DNA of 64,000 bases from a virus. Within the stretch, counting starts at the first letter, position 1. Every line of letters begins with the position of its first letter. The translations under genes were made by a program, and so were the position numbers. Under the pieces are notes generated by a model, which was not told where the DNA came from, made no database searches, and saw nothing but the letters and a program-made list of their open reading frames with translations. The DNA is taken from IMG/VR virus record IMGVR_UViG_3300042945_003044. One strand, written 5' to 3'. Shown one piece after another: positions 20,468 to 30,368 of the stretch.

Positions 20468-21283
20468 ATGGCTAATTTATTTATTAAATTCCCCAGCACA
20501 CAACAAGAGCCCCCGATGCCAGAAACAGTAAATACCTCACCTTCGCTGTCTGTTAAGTTTGATTTTTCTCATTATGGTATAGAGGGAAATTCTAAAACTA
20601 TTACTTTGCCAAATGCCCAATGTCTTAAGGGCTCCTTTATCGTTGTAGCGGAGGCTTCTAACTTAATACCGGGTAGACAATATACTATATTATTTGAATT
20701 ATTGAACCCGTCATCTACTCGACAGGTGTTTGACCCGGCAGCTATAACGATCTTTGCTTCGACACCAACGCAAAAATTTACCACGGTAGCTAACGTAGAT
20801 CCACAGTATAATTATATTTTAAAAGCAACCATTAATCAGACAGATACTGGTATAGCTGCCTCTGATATGGTAGCCGCTAGCTGTGCTTCTATTCCAGCGG
20901 TACCTACACCAACCCCAACCGCTAGGCCTGTCACTGCATCTATGCCTCGTGTAAACTTTGATGCTGGTCCGGTCATGATGGTAAATCCTCCCAATAGGTG
21001 CAGAGAACAACTCAACATTATTTGCACCATATCAAATGCCCGTATCGGAACTACATATAAATACGACTTTGTTTGTCTTACTAGCGATGCGGCGCCACTA
21101 TTGTCACCGGCTACCGGCTTTGTGACCGCAGGCTTCTCCGAACAAAACATAAATACCGTAGTGACCGTTAATCCATCCAAAGGCAATATGGTTAGTTTAC
21201 AGGTTAGAGTATTTGATGCTAAATATCCTGATATAATACTAGATGAAGATATATTACTAATTCAATGCTATGGGTGCGAATAA
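20468..21283 (+). CDS. Protein with two Cys-bracketed domains and a short PT linker
   Basis: 'SNLIPGRQYTILF' and 'SNARIGTTYKYDF' copies of the family motif; ends 'QCYGCE'. Confidence 0.75.
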   Translation: MANLFIKFPSTQQEPPMPETVNTSPSLSVKFDFSHYGIEGNSKTITLPNAQCLKGSFIVVAEASNLIPGRQYTILFELLNPSSTRQVFDPAAITIFASTPTQKFTTVANVDPQYNYILKATINQTDTGIAASDMVAASCASIPAVPTPTPTARPVTASMPRVNFDAGPVMMVNPPNRCREQLNIICTISNARIGTTYKYDFVCLTSDAAPLLSPATGFVTAGFSEQNINTVVTVNPSKGNMVSLQVRVFDAKYPDIILDEDILLIQCYGCE

Positions 21284-22848
21284 TGAGTAATTTAATTGTA
21301 AAATTTGCAGAAAAAAATATTTTAGTGAATAACGAAGGATGTTGTTCTACCGGAGTATCTAGCATAGTTACCGTATCGGGTATGATACCCGGACATAAAT
21401 ATTATTGCGAACTATCTTCTATATCTAGAGGCTCTATTGTTTTTGCTCAAAACAATTTCTATGTTATGACACAGTCTCTAAATCAGCCTATGAATATACC
21501 AATAGGATTTTCTTTAGAGGGGTCTAGATCTTATATTATTAAATTCAAAATTACGGACCTTGATTATAGAAAAGACGCAAAGTATTGGCTGCCTAATCGC
21601 AATGAATGGTATAAGAGCGCTTATTATAATGCAGATACAGAAGAATATTCTCAATACGCAACTATGAGCAATAATAATCCTGTTGCAGTAACCAGTAATA
21701 CTTCTGGCGACGGTTCTGCTGGGGCATCGGGCAATTTTGCGAATTTTGGAAATACAGCCGATTGGAATGGTCAAGACGGCAATTTGACTACCGTTGGTAC
21801 CAATGGCGGGCCGAGTTATTATGGTACCTATGATCAAAATGGAAATATTAATGAATGGCTTGATGATATATCGACCTCTCTTAAACCATATACTGGTGGT
21901 TCTTGGAATAGTCCGATCTCTGAACTTGGACAAATAGTTGAAAACAAACCGGTTTTTGAGTCTAGTTCTTTAGGACTTCGTATTGCTGCCGAGGTTAATC
22001 AAACCCTTAGTATTGATACATCTACTTTTTCCATGGTATCAGGATCTTTTCTAGGCATGAACGATGCGGATGATAATGGGATAGGCTCTGTTCCGCATTC
22101 TTTTTATATGAAAAAGCATCCGGTAACTAATAATGAATATATGGTATTTTTAAATTCCGTCGCTGCGAAATCTGATAGATATGGCTTATACAATAGTAAA
22201 ATGACCACAGACCCTAGAGGCGGCATTACTAGATCATCGAATACTAATCAAACATTTAGCTATACTTGTAAGCCCAATATGGAAAATAAGCCAGTGAATT
22301 TTGTGAGCTGGTTAGATGGAGCAAGATATTGCAACTGGTTATATAATACCTCTATTGATCCCAATAGTGTTGAGACGGAGAAGGGGTCGTATGAAATGCC
22401 CGCTGATGCTACTAATGTGCCGTATGTGGGCTTCAATTATGGTGAAGATATTCTTACGGTAGAGTGCGGCAGACCATCTGCGCCAGACGTTGAATTTGTT
22501 ACGGATTCCAAAGAACTTATGAAGAGTTGTGGTCAGTATAAGAGTGTGGTTGCTTCGATTAAAAATGCTAAAATTGGTAGATCATATTCTTATCTATTTT
22601 CTACTCCTGATGATTATTTTGCTAATATATCGCCTAAAAGCGGAACGATAATAGCTGGTAATAATATTCAAAATATTAATACAGTATTTAGTTATAGTGG
22701 GTCTCTTAAGAAAATTAGCTTGAAGCTAGAGGTAACAGATTTATTAGATAATATAAAAACAGATACAATCTTGTTTTTTGATTGCGATACGTGTTTTCCG
22801 ACTCCTACGCCCACCCCGACCCCAACACCTACGCCAACTAATATATAA
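21283..22848 (+). CDS. Cys-bracketed domain protein carrying a circularly permuted FGE-sulfatase (SUMF1/C-type-lectin fold) domain; putative adhesin
   Basis: Start by TAATG overlap at 21283. FGE-family motifs 'WLPNRNEWYKSAY', 'YGTYDQNGNINEW', 'GGSW', 'LGLRIA', 'PVTNNEYMVFLN', 'KPVNFVSWLDGARYCNWL'; PT tail. Confidence 0.85.
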   Translation: MSNLIVKFAEKNILVNNEGCCSTGVSSIVTVSGMIPGHKYYCELSSISRGSIVFAQNNFYVMTQSLNQPMNIPIGFSLEGSRSYIIKFKITDLDYRKDAKYWLPNRNEWYKSAYYNADTEEYSQYATMSNNNPVAVTSNTSGDGSAGASGNFANFGNTADWNGQDGNLTTVGTNGGPSYYGTYDQNGNINEWLDDISTSLKPYTGGSWNSPISELGQIVENKPVFESSSLGLRIAAEVNQTLSIDTSTFSMVSGSFLGMNDADDNGIGSVPHSFYMKKHPVTNNEYMVFLNSVAAKSDRYGLYNSKMTTDPRGGITRSSNTNQTFSYTCKPNMENKPVNFVSWLDGARYCNWLYNTSIDPNSVETEKGSYEMPADATNVPYVGFNYGEDILTVECGRPSAPDVEFVTDSKELMKSCGQYKSVVASIKNAKIGRSYSYLFSTPDDYFANISPKSGTIIAGNNIQNINTVFSYSGSLKKISLKLEVTDLLDNIKTDTILFFDCDTCFPTPTPTPTPTPTPTNI

Positions 22849-22863
22849 GAAGAAGGTTTCGTA

Positions 22864-25800
22864 ATGAGTAGCGTTAAAATTAGTTTCGGTAATAAAATAG
22901 TACTTAAAGCTGATACTCCGAGCTGTTGCTCTGTAGGACTCTCTATACCTATTTTGCTTGAGAATCTAATTCCTTATGATACATACACAGTAGAATATAG
23001 CTCCATAGGTCCCGGCTCAGCCTCGTTCGCTAGTGCGTCAACCGAGATAATAGCCTCCGCATCATCAGAATCTATAGACAATATAGTATATTTAGAAGGT
23101 TCCGAAAGCTTTGTTATCAAAGCCCGCGTAACTATTAACGATAATGGTGTTATTAAGACCCTATCAGAAGATATATTGGGTATAGATTGTGGAGGACTAC
23201 CACCAGCTAAGCCTTCTCCAACTCCAACCTCAACCGTAACCAAGACTCCAACGCAAACACCCACTAAGACCCCAACAAATACTCCAACTGGTACACAGGT
23301 TCCTAATACACCCACACCAACCCCTACCACAAGTGTTACAGCATCAGTCACGCCAACAATTACTGTAACATCATCAAACACCCCTACTCCTACTCCTACA
23401 GCGTCTGTTACGCCCACTATTAGTGTTACTCCTTCTGTAACACCCAGTATAACCCCAACACTTACTCCATCGCCAACCAGAGGCTTGCCCAAAATCAGCA
23501 TTAGGCTCGGTAATGACTCTGAATCTTGCGGCTCGGATGATCTAGTTATATATACCACTATCAGTGGACTATTACCAAATACTACATATAAATATGCTTT
23601 AAATTTACCGGCTGGGCTAGAAGGGGTTCCTAATTTTGGCACTATCAATAGCTCTTCATCAGGATTCGCCACCTGTAAGAATTATTTGATCTATCAGAGT
23701 CAATTATCTAATAAAGTATGTGGCTTAACAAATTATCCTTTAATATATAGTGTTTATCTAACAGACAATACGCTGCTTAGAACATACGCTATTAATCTTA
23801 CATGCGATTCCACAGATTGTCATTGTCCTAATTTCACAATCTCTGGCACCATACCGGTGATAGACGGACCCTCTGTAACACCCACGCCCACCAGAGAAGC
23901 CCTATCTATTCCAGGGGTAGGAGACTTGGGTTCTTTACCTAGATTCCTGTGTCCATCTATAATTACTAAGAAAAAATTAAGCGGTAATAAATTCGTTGTG
24001 GATTTACTATCTACGAACAATTATGAGATTAATTTAACATATAGTTTTTATGGATCCCCAGAAAAGCTGTCTCTCTATGATCTTGATGGTACAGAATTAT
24101 ACAATAGTGGATATATTGGTACTGTAGATAAAGACGATAATAATGAGTATTTATTTTGTGCGGGTATAGATCGCAAAAATCATACCTATGGTACATATGA
24201 CACTATTAAAATACCTAATAGGGGATCGAGATATATTGTTTGTATCTTGGAGTCTGCGTGTGACGAAAGCACAGAATGGAAGATTTCGTTCTCTTGTGCT
24301 CCGGTACCAACACCTACTCCCACCTCTACAGTAAAACCATGTCCACCTTGTCCATCGTCAACCCCAGCACCTACCACTACGCCCACTAGCGACACTGGCT
24401 GTTCATATAGATTTAATAATTTTGTTGATTCTGATGCCAGAAAAGAGAAGAAGTTTGCTGTAGCCTGTAGCGATGTAACAGATACGGATCTTACTAGTCC
24501 AATTTCTATAGATAAGCCAATTGATGCAGCTATAGTTGCTAATACCTTATTATTAGCGGGATCGTCGATCTGTGTTGGTGTTCCGTATACCAATGTAGCA
24601 AGTAAAATATCTTTATCTAAGATTAAAAATAACGGTTTAGATATTTCGTTCGGAGTATCCGGGTCCACAACCCATTCCTTTAAAAACGATATCGGCGCTC
24701 AAGTTAGTGTGAACGCTAAGAAAATTCTACCTCAAGGCGGTAAGTTTCTGGTTGTTAGCTATACCAGTGGTAGCGCTGTGATATCAAGACATTTTGCTTC
24801 AACAGGTTCTATAGACACGACCTTTGGAAACAGAGGCTTTTTAGAGATATCTGCTATCGAAGACACAAAAATAGTAGGAATAGGGGACGCTTTAATAGTA
24901 AATAATAATATTATATTGTTCTTAGAAACTTATGATATAGTTAATAAAAAATATACATATAGCGCAGCTAGTATTTCTGGTGCTGGTCGAATCAATACTT
25001 CGTTTGGTACCGGAGGCATTGTGAACATAGACGCCGGATCGGTTTCTACTCAGTATCAGATTAAAAGGGCTGCTGTAATAGATCAAAAATTATTAGTTGT
25101 TGCACAAAATAAAAACGAAACAGGATCTTCGGTTGTTGTCGTGTCCCGCATAAATCTGAATGGTTCTGTTGATACTAGTTTCTATAATAATGGTACTCTT
25201 AAGATCCAACCCTCTGATCTGATTGTCGACCCCTTGATAAAAACAGAGCCGATGCTCAAAACATGTCTCATAAATAATGAAGGCATATACTTAGCAATAA
25301 CATATGCTGATAGTAATATGGTTGGAGTATGCAAATACAAATATCAAAATGGTAAAGACGGATCTTGGAAACTTGCGATACCACAGCCGTATAGCGGAGC
25401 AGTAACGGTTTTACCAGAATATGATGCGTCAATGTTTGTAGAAGATGGTCAATCATGGTATGTTGGTTATAATATAGCTTACAACGAATATACTATCTCA
25501 GACACGGAATTCAATAGCCCAATTCCGAGAAAGGGACCCGTTACACTTAGAACCGTTGCTGATACTATTAGTCGTAATCAAATACCTTATAGTTTAGATC
25601 CAGAACCAATGCAGAGAGAAGTCCTACAAGATATATCGGATGTCACAGCATCATACGCCCGTAAATCTTATAGATTCGTTATAGCCAAATACAATTTATC
25701 ATCTGGTAATACGACTCCTGTACTTTTGGGCGGTACAGAGACCGATCTATTCGGAAACCAGAGAAAGAATAGGCTTAGTGCTCAAAATATACAGTCTGAG

Positions 25801-26397
25801 ACCATTTCTGCGCTAGTAGTCTATAATAATAAGCTGTATATAGTTGGCTTTGGGGGTAACGACTATAACTATTCTTTCAGAGTCGCTAGAAGATCCAAAG
25901 ACACGTCTGGAGAATTTACTGTTGCTGATACTACATTCGGTAATAATGGTTATATAGAATCAGATTTTGATTATCTATGTAATTACGATATAGAAAACAT
26001 AGAACCTCCCATGTTTGAGGATAATCCCTGTGAAATATTCCCAACACCAACACCAACCCAGTCGTCTATCCCCGCTTCTGTAACCGTCTCATCCACCGAG
26101 TATGGCTGTTCAGGGGGTGCTCCGAGAATTACACTGAATTGGTTAACTAATAAGGCCTCTTCTGTCGCTCAAGAATATATAGCAAGAATTATTGTACAAG
26201 GAACCTCGCCAATCACCACAGTATCTGCTTCTGCTTTAACGATTCCGGCTCAGACATTATCTGGATCTATTAATATATCGTTAGCAAATGCCGCTAATTT
26301 TAATAATCAGATTTGTCAAATACAAATCTTAAAAACAGACTCTCTAGATATTTTATATAACAATGCTTTGGTCTTAAACATACCATCGTGTAATTAA
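22864..26397 (+). CDS. Large modular surface protein: Cys-bracketed domains, PT stalks, delta-60-like beta-propeller repeats
   Basis: 1177 aa; PT tracts at about 23206-23480, 23870, 24301 and 26041; repeats '[10 protein letters not shown]', '[11 protein letters not shown]', '[11 protein letters not shown]', '[11 protein letters not shown]', 'ADTTFGNNG'. Confidence 0.75.
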   Translation: MSSVKISFGNKIVLKADTPSCCSVGLSIPILLENLIPYDTYTVEYSSIGPGSASFASASTEIIASASSESIDNIVYLEGSESFVIKARVTINDNGVIKTLSEDILGIDCGGLPPAKPSPTPTSTVTKTPTQTPTKTPTNTPTGTQVPNTPTPTPTTSVTASVTPTITVTSSNTPTPTPTASVTPTISVTPSVTPSITPTLTPSPTRGLPKISIRLGNDSESCGSDDLVIYTTISGLLPNTTYKYALNLPAGLEGVPNFGTINSSSSGFATCKNYLIYQSQLSNKVCGLTNYPLIYSVYLTDNTLLRTYAINLTCDSTDCHCPNFTISGTIPVIDGPSVTPTPTREALSIPGVGDLGSLPRFLCPSIITKKKLSGNKFVVDLLSTNNYEINLTYSFYGSPEKLSLYDLDGTELYNSGYIGTVDKDDNNEYLFCAGIDRKNHTYGTYDTIKIPNRGSRYIVCILESACDESTEWKISFSCAPVPTPTPTSTVKPCPPCPSSTPAPTTTPTSDTGCSYRFNNFVDSDARKEKKFAVACSDVTDTDLTSPISIDKPIDAAIVANTLLLAGSSICVGVPYTNVASKISLSKIKNNGLDISFGVSGSTTHSFKNDIGAQVSVNAKKILPQGGKFLVVSYTSGSAVISRHFASTGSIDTTFGNRGFLEISAIEDTKIVGIGDALIVNNNIILFLETYDIVNKKYTYSAASISGAGRINTSFGTGGIVNIDAGSVSTQYQIKRAAVIDQKLLVVAQNKNETGSSVVVVSRINLNGSVDTSFYNNGTLKIQPSDLIVDPLIKTEPMLKTCLINNEGIYLAITYADSNMVGVCKYKYQNGKDGSWKLAIPQPYSGAVTVLPEYDASMFVEDGQSWYVGYNIAYNEYTISDTEFNSPIPRKGPVTLRTVADTISRNQIPYSLDPEPMQREVLQDISDVTASYARKSYRFVIAKYNLSSGNTTPVLLGGTETDLFGNQRKNRLSAQNIQSETISALVVYNNKLYIVGFGGNDYNYSFRVARRSKDTSGEFTVADTTFGNNGYIESDFDYLCNYDIENIEPPMFEDNPCEIFPTPTPTQSSIPASVTVSSTEYGCSGGAPRITLNWLTNKASSVAQEYIARIIVQGTSPITTVSASALTIPAQTLSGSINISLANAANFNNQICQIQILKTDSLDILYNNALVLNIPSCN

Positions 26398-26410
26398 GGA
26401 ATGATTAATA

Positions 26411-28549
26411 ATGGCTACACTTCAATTTCAACAAGATATATGGAACTTTTGTGATCTAGAGAGCTGTTTGGAAACATATACTCTCCCTATTATATGCACA
26501 GAGCTGGCTACTAATCAATACTATACGCTAAGCTATGAGGTTGTTGCTGTACAATATTTTGATAATGTCATAGGAGAGATACGTTTTCCAGAAGACGATA
26601 ATAGATTCTTTAGCGCCTCGTCACAAAGTATTAGGCGCGAACCCTCCGTGCTTTTAATAGGTGTAAAAACAGCTATTATTAAAGCTTATCTAAAAAACGA
26701 TTCTGGACAAGCGTTAGCTCATAATACCACTTTGGTACGATGCACAAAATGTCATGACAAATATAGGTCAGATTTTAGTGTTAAATTAATATTAGACGAT
26801 ATCAATAAGTCGGGAGATAAGCTGCTACCAAACTGTGATCTCCCAATCAATCTTGTAGCGGTTGCAGAAAATTTAGTACCTGGCCGCAAATACAGATATT
26901 CTTTTAGTTCTGCGCCTAGTACTGGTGTTCATTTTTCAAACGCTTCGGGTGAACTATTCGCTAGTAGTGAAACTGAGCAAAATTTTAACACATTAGTATC
27001 CATAATTTCAGCCAATACGTCTCCTGTGTTTTATATTAGTTTTAATTTAACAGATTTATCCACCAACGTGTCTAAAAGAACGCCTCTATATGTATTTAGC
27101 TGTGGTAATACTTGTGGAGTTTTGCCAGAATCAATAGATATCAATTTAGATACAGAGACTGTAGATAATGCTTTATCAAGCTCTAGAGTATTTACTATAT
27201 CATTCAAAGATATACAAAATAGTAACGATATAGATCTTTCGGATGCGGCATTAACAATATCTAATGTCAGATACAACGGAGTATTGCAACAAAATCGTTT
27301 ATTGAATATTCAAAAAATCAACAAATCTTCTGTTGGTATTAATCTATTAGATAATTCACCTATCCTAAGTCATAATCATAATATTACTTTTTACCTAAAA
27401 GTTATTAAACCGGGCTTCATGCATACTGGACAAAATCTTGTATTAGCAGACAAATCCAATAGAACCATCGAAATAAACCTATTAAACAATAGCGGTATGC
27501 CCACATCTGTGTCACACGCAACAGTTACGACTACCACTAACAATATTGGAGAAATTACTAATTCAGTCGTACTAACTTGCGAGCCCACACAACTAAAACC
27601 GGAAACATGTGATATTATCGTACCAAGTGGAACTGTGTTGAGATCAAAAACTGGTACGGTTTTGAACGGAGATATAACTTTTAGAGCTATTCACTTCGGA
27701 GTATCTGATGAAAAGGCTTTAAAAATATTTCCTGGCGGATTCAATGTGTCTAATTATTTAGATAATAATTATAACTTGGTATCAGATAATGCGGTATTTT
27801 ATACTTATGCCCTTTTCTCTATAGAAGCCACGGATCAATTCGGTAATGTCGCTTATACTATGTCTAAGTCAGCTACCGTAACACTAGAGCTCAATAGTCA
27901 AATACAATCAAATACTATTCCGCTATGGTCTATGGACACAGATATTGGTATATGGACACAAGAAAATCCAGTAACTTATGATAATGGTTTAGTAGATATG
28001 CCTATTAACAGATTATCTGTGTGGAATTTAGGCATTAAATCAACAGATGTATGCACCACACTATCTTTACCATTTCCGTCCACAGTCTTAACTAATTATT
28101 TAGAAGAGATAGACGAGACTGGTCTATATATTAAGAAAACCCCTTTCTTAGCTGGAGATGGTAGTGGGGTTAATATAATAAAAAGTAATCCAGGACAAAG
28201 ATCTATAAATATCGTTCGATTTGCTAAAAAATATGGAAATCTAACTAATTCTAGCACATTCTCTTTTTATCTAACAAGAGAAAATGCAATCGCAAATACT
28301 AATAGCATAGGATCCATAAGTTATACAAATTATACTTCCGGTACTACCAAGTGCGAATGCGGAACCATGGATTGCACAGATAATACCGTAACTCCTACTC
28401 CAACACCGACAATAACAGTCACTAGTAGTATTACGCCCACGATAACCAGAACCTCTACCCCCACTCCTACTAGTACTAGTACATCTACCCCGACTCCAAC
28501 ACCAACAATGACACAAACACCACTGCCTCTTGGGGTGTCATCTAACTAA
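26411..28549 (+). CDS. Modular surface protein: two Cys-bracketed domains, a ZU5-like region and a PT tail
   Basis: 'ENLVPGRKYRYSF' family motif; 'FPGGF...IPLWSMDTDIGIWTQE...INRLSVWNL' resembles ZU5-like domains of bacterial surface proteins; C-terminal PT/ST tract. Confidence 0.65.
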   Translation: MATLQFQQDIWNFCDLESCLETYTLPIICTELATNQYYTLSYEVVAVQYFDNVIGEIRFPEDDNRFFSASSQSIRREPSVLLIGVKTAIIKAYLKNDSGQALAHNTTLVRCTKCHDKYRSDFSVKLILDDINKSGDKLLPNCDLPINLVAVAENLVPGRKYRYSFSSAPSTGVHFSNASGELFASSETEQNFNTLVSIISANTSPVFYISFNLTDLSTNVSKRTPLYVFSCGNTCGVLPESIDINLDTETVDNALSSSRVFTISFKDIQNSNDIDLSDAALTISNVRYNGVLQQNRLLNIQKINKSSVGINLLDNSPILSHNHNITFYLKVIKPGFMHTGQNLVLADKSNRTIEINLLNNSGMPTSVSHATVTTTTNNIGEITNSVVLTCEPTQLKPETCDIIVPSGTVLRSKTGTVLNGDITFRAIHFGVSDEKALKIFPGGFNVSNYLDNNYNLVSDNAVFYTYALFSIEATDQFGNVAYTMSKSATVTLELNSQIQSNTIPLWSMDTDIGIWTQENPVTYDNGLVDMPINRLSVWNLGIKSTDVCTTLSLPFPSTVLTNYLEEIDETGLYIKKTPFLAGDGSGVNIIKSNPGQRSINIVRFAKKYGNLTNSSTFSFYLTRENAIANTNSIGSISYTNYTSGTTKCECGTMDCTDNTVTPTPTPTITVTSSITPTITRTSTPTPTSTSTSTPTPTPTMTQTPLPLGVSSN

Positions 28550-28569
28550 GATAATATAGGAAATTTAAT

Positions 28570-29097
28570 ATGTCTCAAAAAAATTACATGTTACTTAAAG
28601 CTATTTTAACAGATGGTAACTATACATCTGAGGATTTAATGATGGTAGAGTGCCTAGAAAACCCTGCCACTCCTGGACCTACGCCTTCTGTGTCGAGATC
28701 TCCAACCCCGACCCCTACTCTTACTCCTAATATGACGCCTAACCCCACTCCAACAGTAACTCCCTCTATGCAAGTGGATCCAGAGATAGTGCTCAATCTT
28801 GCAAATAATTGGACATATAGATACAACAATCTACTAATTATTAGAGTTATCCCTGCTAATTCATCATCTAATATATCCGTATTGGTACCCGTTTTACCTT
28901 CTGCTTTACTTCCTCAGCCCGGCCAGCCTGCGCCAATACCATCTTCTGCTAGCCTCTTTGTTGGAGGAAATAAAGTTGGAGATTTATCTTTTATCGGGCC
29001 GTACTTTGGTAAAAGTATTAAATTAACACTAAATGGTTCACAATATATTGGCACAATAAATATAGGTCAAATTATTTTAACTAATACCGGTGTATAA
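28570..29097 (+). CDS. Small PT-linker protein with a C-terminal beta domain
   Basis: 175 aa; PT tract at about 28663-28766; AGGA RBS upstream. Confidence 0.7.
   Translation: MSQKNYMLLKAILTDGNYTSEDLMMVECLENPATPGPTPSVSRSPTPTPTLTPNMTPNPTPTVTPSMQVDPEIVLNLANNWTYRYNNLLIIRVIPANSSSNISVLVPVLPSALLPQPGQPAPIPSSASLFVGGNKVGDLSFIGPYFGKSIKLTLNGSQYIGTINIGQIILTNTGV
29089..29097 (+). promoter_or_regulatory. Candidate late promoter GGTGTATAA
   Basis: Overlaps the stop codon of the upstream gene; about 47 nt before ATG 29144 (RBS GAGG). Confidence 0.5.
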
Positions 29098-29143
29098 CTA
29101 AATATATCGCATAGATACAAAGAGTAATAATAAGAGGCAAAAC

Positions 29144-30235
29144 ATGTTGATTACTAATGAGTTTATAATAGAAAGATATTTAGGTAGTGAACCTTTGCCA
29201 CTATTATCAGCTCCCGCTGGATTAGAACCTAGTTTATTATTACAATATAATAATTTTATTAGCAACATATATACAATATATGGTAGTCAAGAAGAGAATG
29301 GTATAATTCCAGTTTTTTTTAAAAATATAGACGGATCTCCTGGTTCCAGTAGTAGTTTAACCGAGCTTAAAAGCGGACAAGAGTACTATTTTATTTCTAA
29401 AAATTCCGCATCTTTTCCATATGTTATTCCAGCTATCGGCGGCACCATTTCTAATCCTTTGCCACCAGAAAAATGTGCCACATTATCTCCATGCTGTCCA
29501 ACCGTTTCGTTCCCTAATAATTCTGTTTCTTTATCTGGTTCTGGAAATATCTATGCGGATATATCAGCTAATACAAGTGGGTTAATCCCCGGTAGACAAT
29601 ATTCATACTCTTATAGTTCATTAGCCTCCAATTGGCCCAGCACAATCACTCCGTTATCTGGAACATTTATTCCATCGACTTCTGGAGATTCTATAACTAA
29701 TATATTTAATTTTGCTCCAACTACTGGTAATTACTCTGGCTATTTTCCTTATAAGTTGGATATCTATCCAGATAAAGATTTTAGTCAAAAAAATATATAT
29801 TCTATATTAGAATTAAGGGTAACAGGTCCAGATAATCTGGGCTGTCCGGTTATGTCGGATACTATTATGGTAAAATGCAATCAATGCATACCTCCAAAAT
29901 GCGCAGTTAAAAAACCAAAACCAGTTTTTGTTGGAGGTCCCAAGCTGTCTGTTGGGGGCAACTGCTGTGCAGTAGGTGTGCCATTAGCGGTGAATATTTC
30001 CGGAGCAGAGCCTGGGAGATCCTATAATTTTGGTTTTGAGAGTTGGCCATCGGATATCAGTGTATCGCCAGCTAGTGGAATTTCTGGATTTGGAGACGGT
30101 AATGGTAAGATAGCGTGTTTAGTAGATATGGCGGGACAAACAAAAGCTATAGTAAAGTGCGTTATAGAAGATCCAGAATCGAATGAGCATCTTGTGGACT
30201 TTATTTCTATACAGTGCTCCTACAATTGTCCGTAA
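29144..30235 (+). CDS. Protein with two Cys-bracketed domains
   Basis: 'SGLIPGRQYSYSY..ITPLSGTF' and 'SGAEPGRSYNFGF..VSPASG'; CC and CxxC/CxxxC termini. Confidence 0.75.
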   Translation: MLITNEFIIERYLGSEPLPLLSAPAGLEPSLLLQYNNFISNIYTIYGSQEENGIIPVFFKNIDGSPGSSSSLTELKSGQEYYFISKNSASFPYVIPAIGGTISNPLPPEKCATLSPCCPTVSFPNNSVSLSGSGNIYADISANTSGLIPGRQYSYSYSSLASNWPSTITPLSGTFIPSTSGDSITNIFNFAPTTGNYSGYFPYKLDIYPDKDFSQKNIYSILELRVTGPDNLGCPVMSDTIMVKCNQCIPPKCAVKKPKPVFVGGPKLSVGGNCCAVGVPLAVNISGAEPGRSYNFGFESWPSDISVSPASGISGFGDGNGKIACLVDMAGQTKAIVKCVIEDPESNEHLVDFISIQCSYNCP

Positions 30236-30316
30236 TTATTCTGTATAATAAAAATCGCGCTCTTTAAGTTTAGCTATAAATAGCCGATTTACGCTTAAAA
30301 ATAAATATCTATAATA

Positions 30317-30325
30317 GGTGTATTA
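30317..30325 (+). promoter_or_regulatory. Candidate late promoter GGTGTATTA
   Basis: About 44 nt upstream of the likely ATG at 30369. Confidence 0.5.
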
Positions 30326-30368
30326 TCTTATTAGATACCTTACACGAATCCATAGGAACTTAGTTTTT

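Noticed and set aside
18628-22848. Diversity-generating retroelement suggested by the Mtd_N-like motif and the FGE/C-type-lectin fold
   Set aside because: No reverse transcriptase in the window and no template/variable repeat pair differing at adenines was seen. An element elsewhere in the genome cannot be excluded.
30236-30316. Possible structured RNA in the intergenic gap
   Set aside because: Only short AT-rich, imperfect pairings (AAATCG/CGATTT, GCTA/TAGC); no tRNA or known ncRNA features recognisable.
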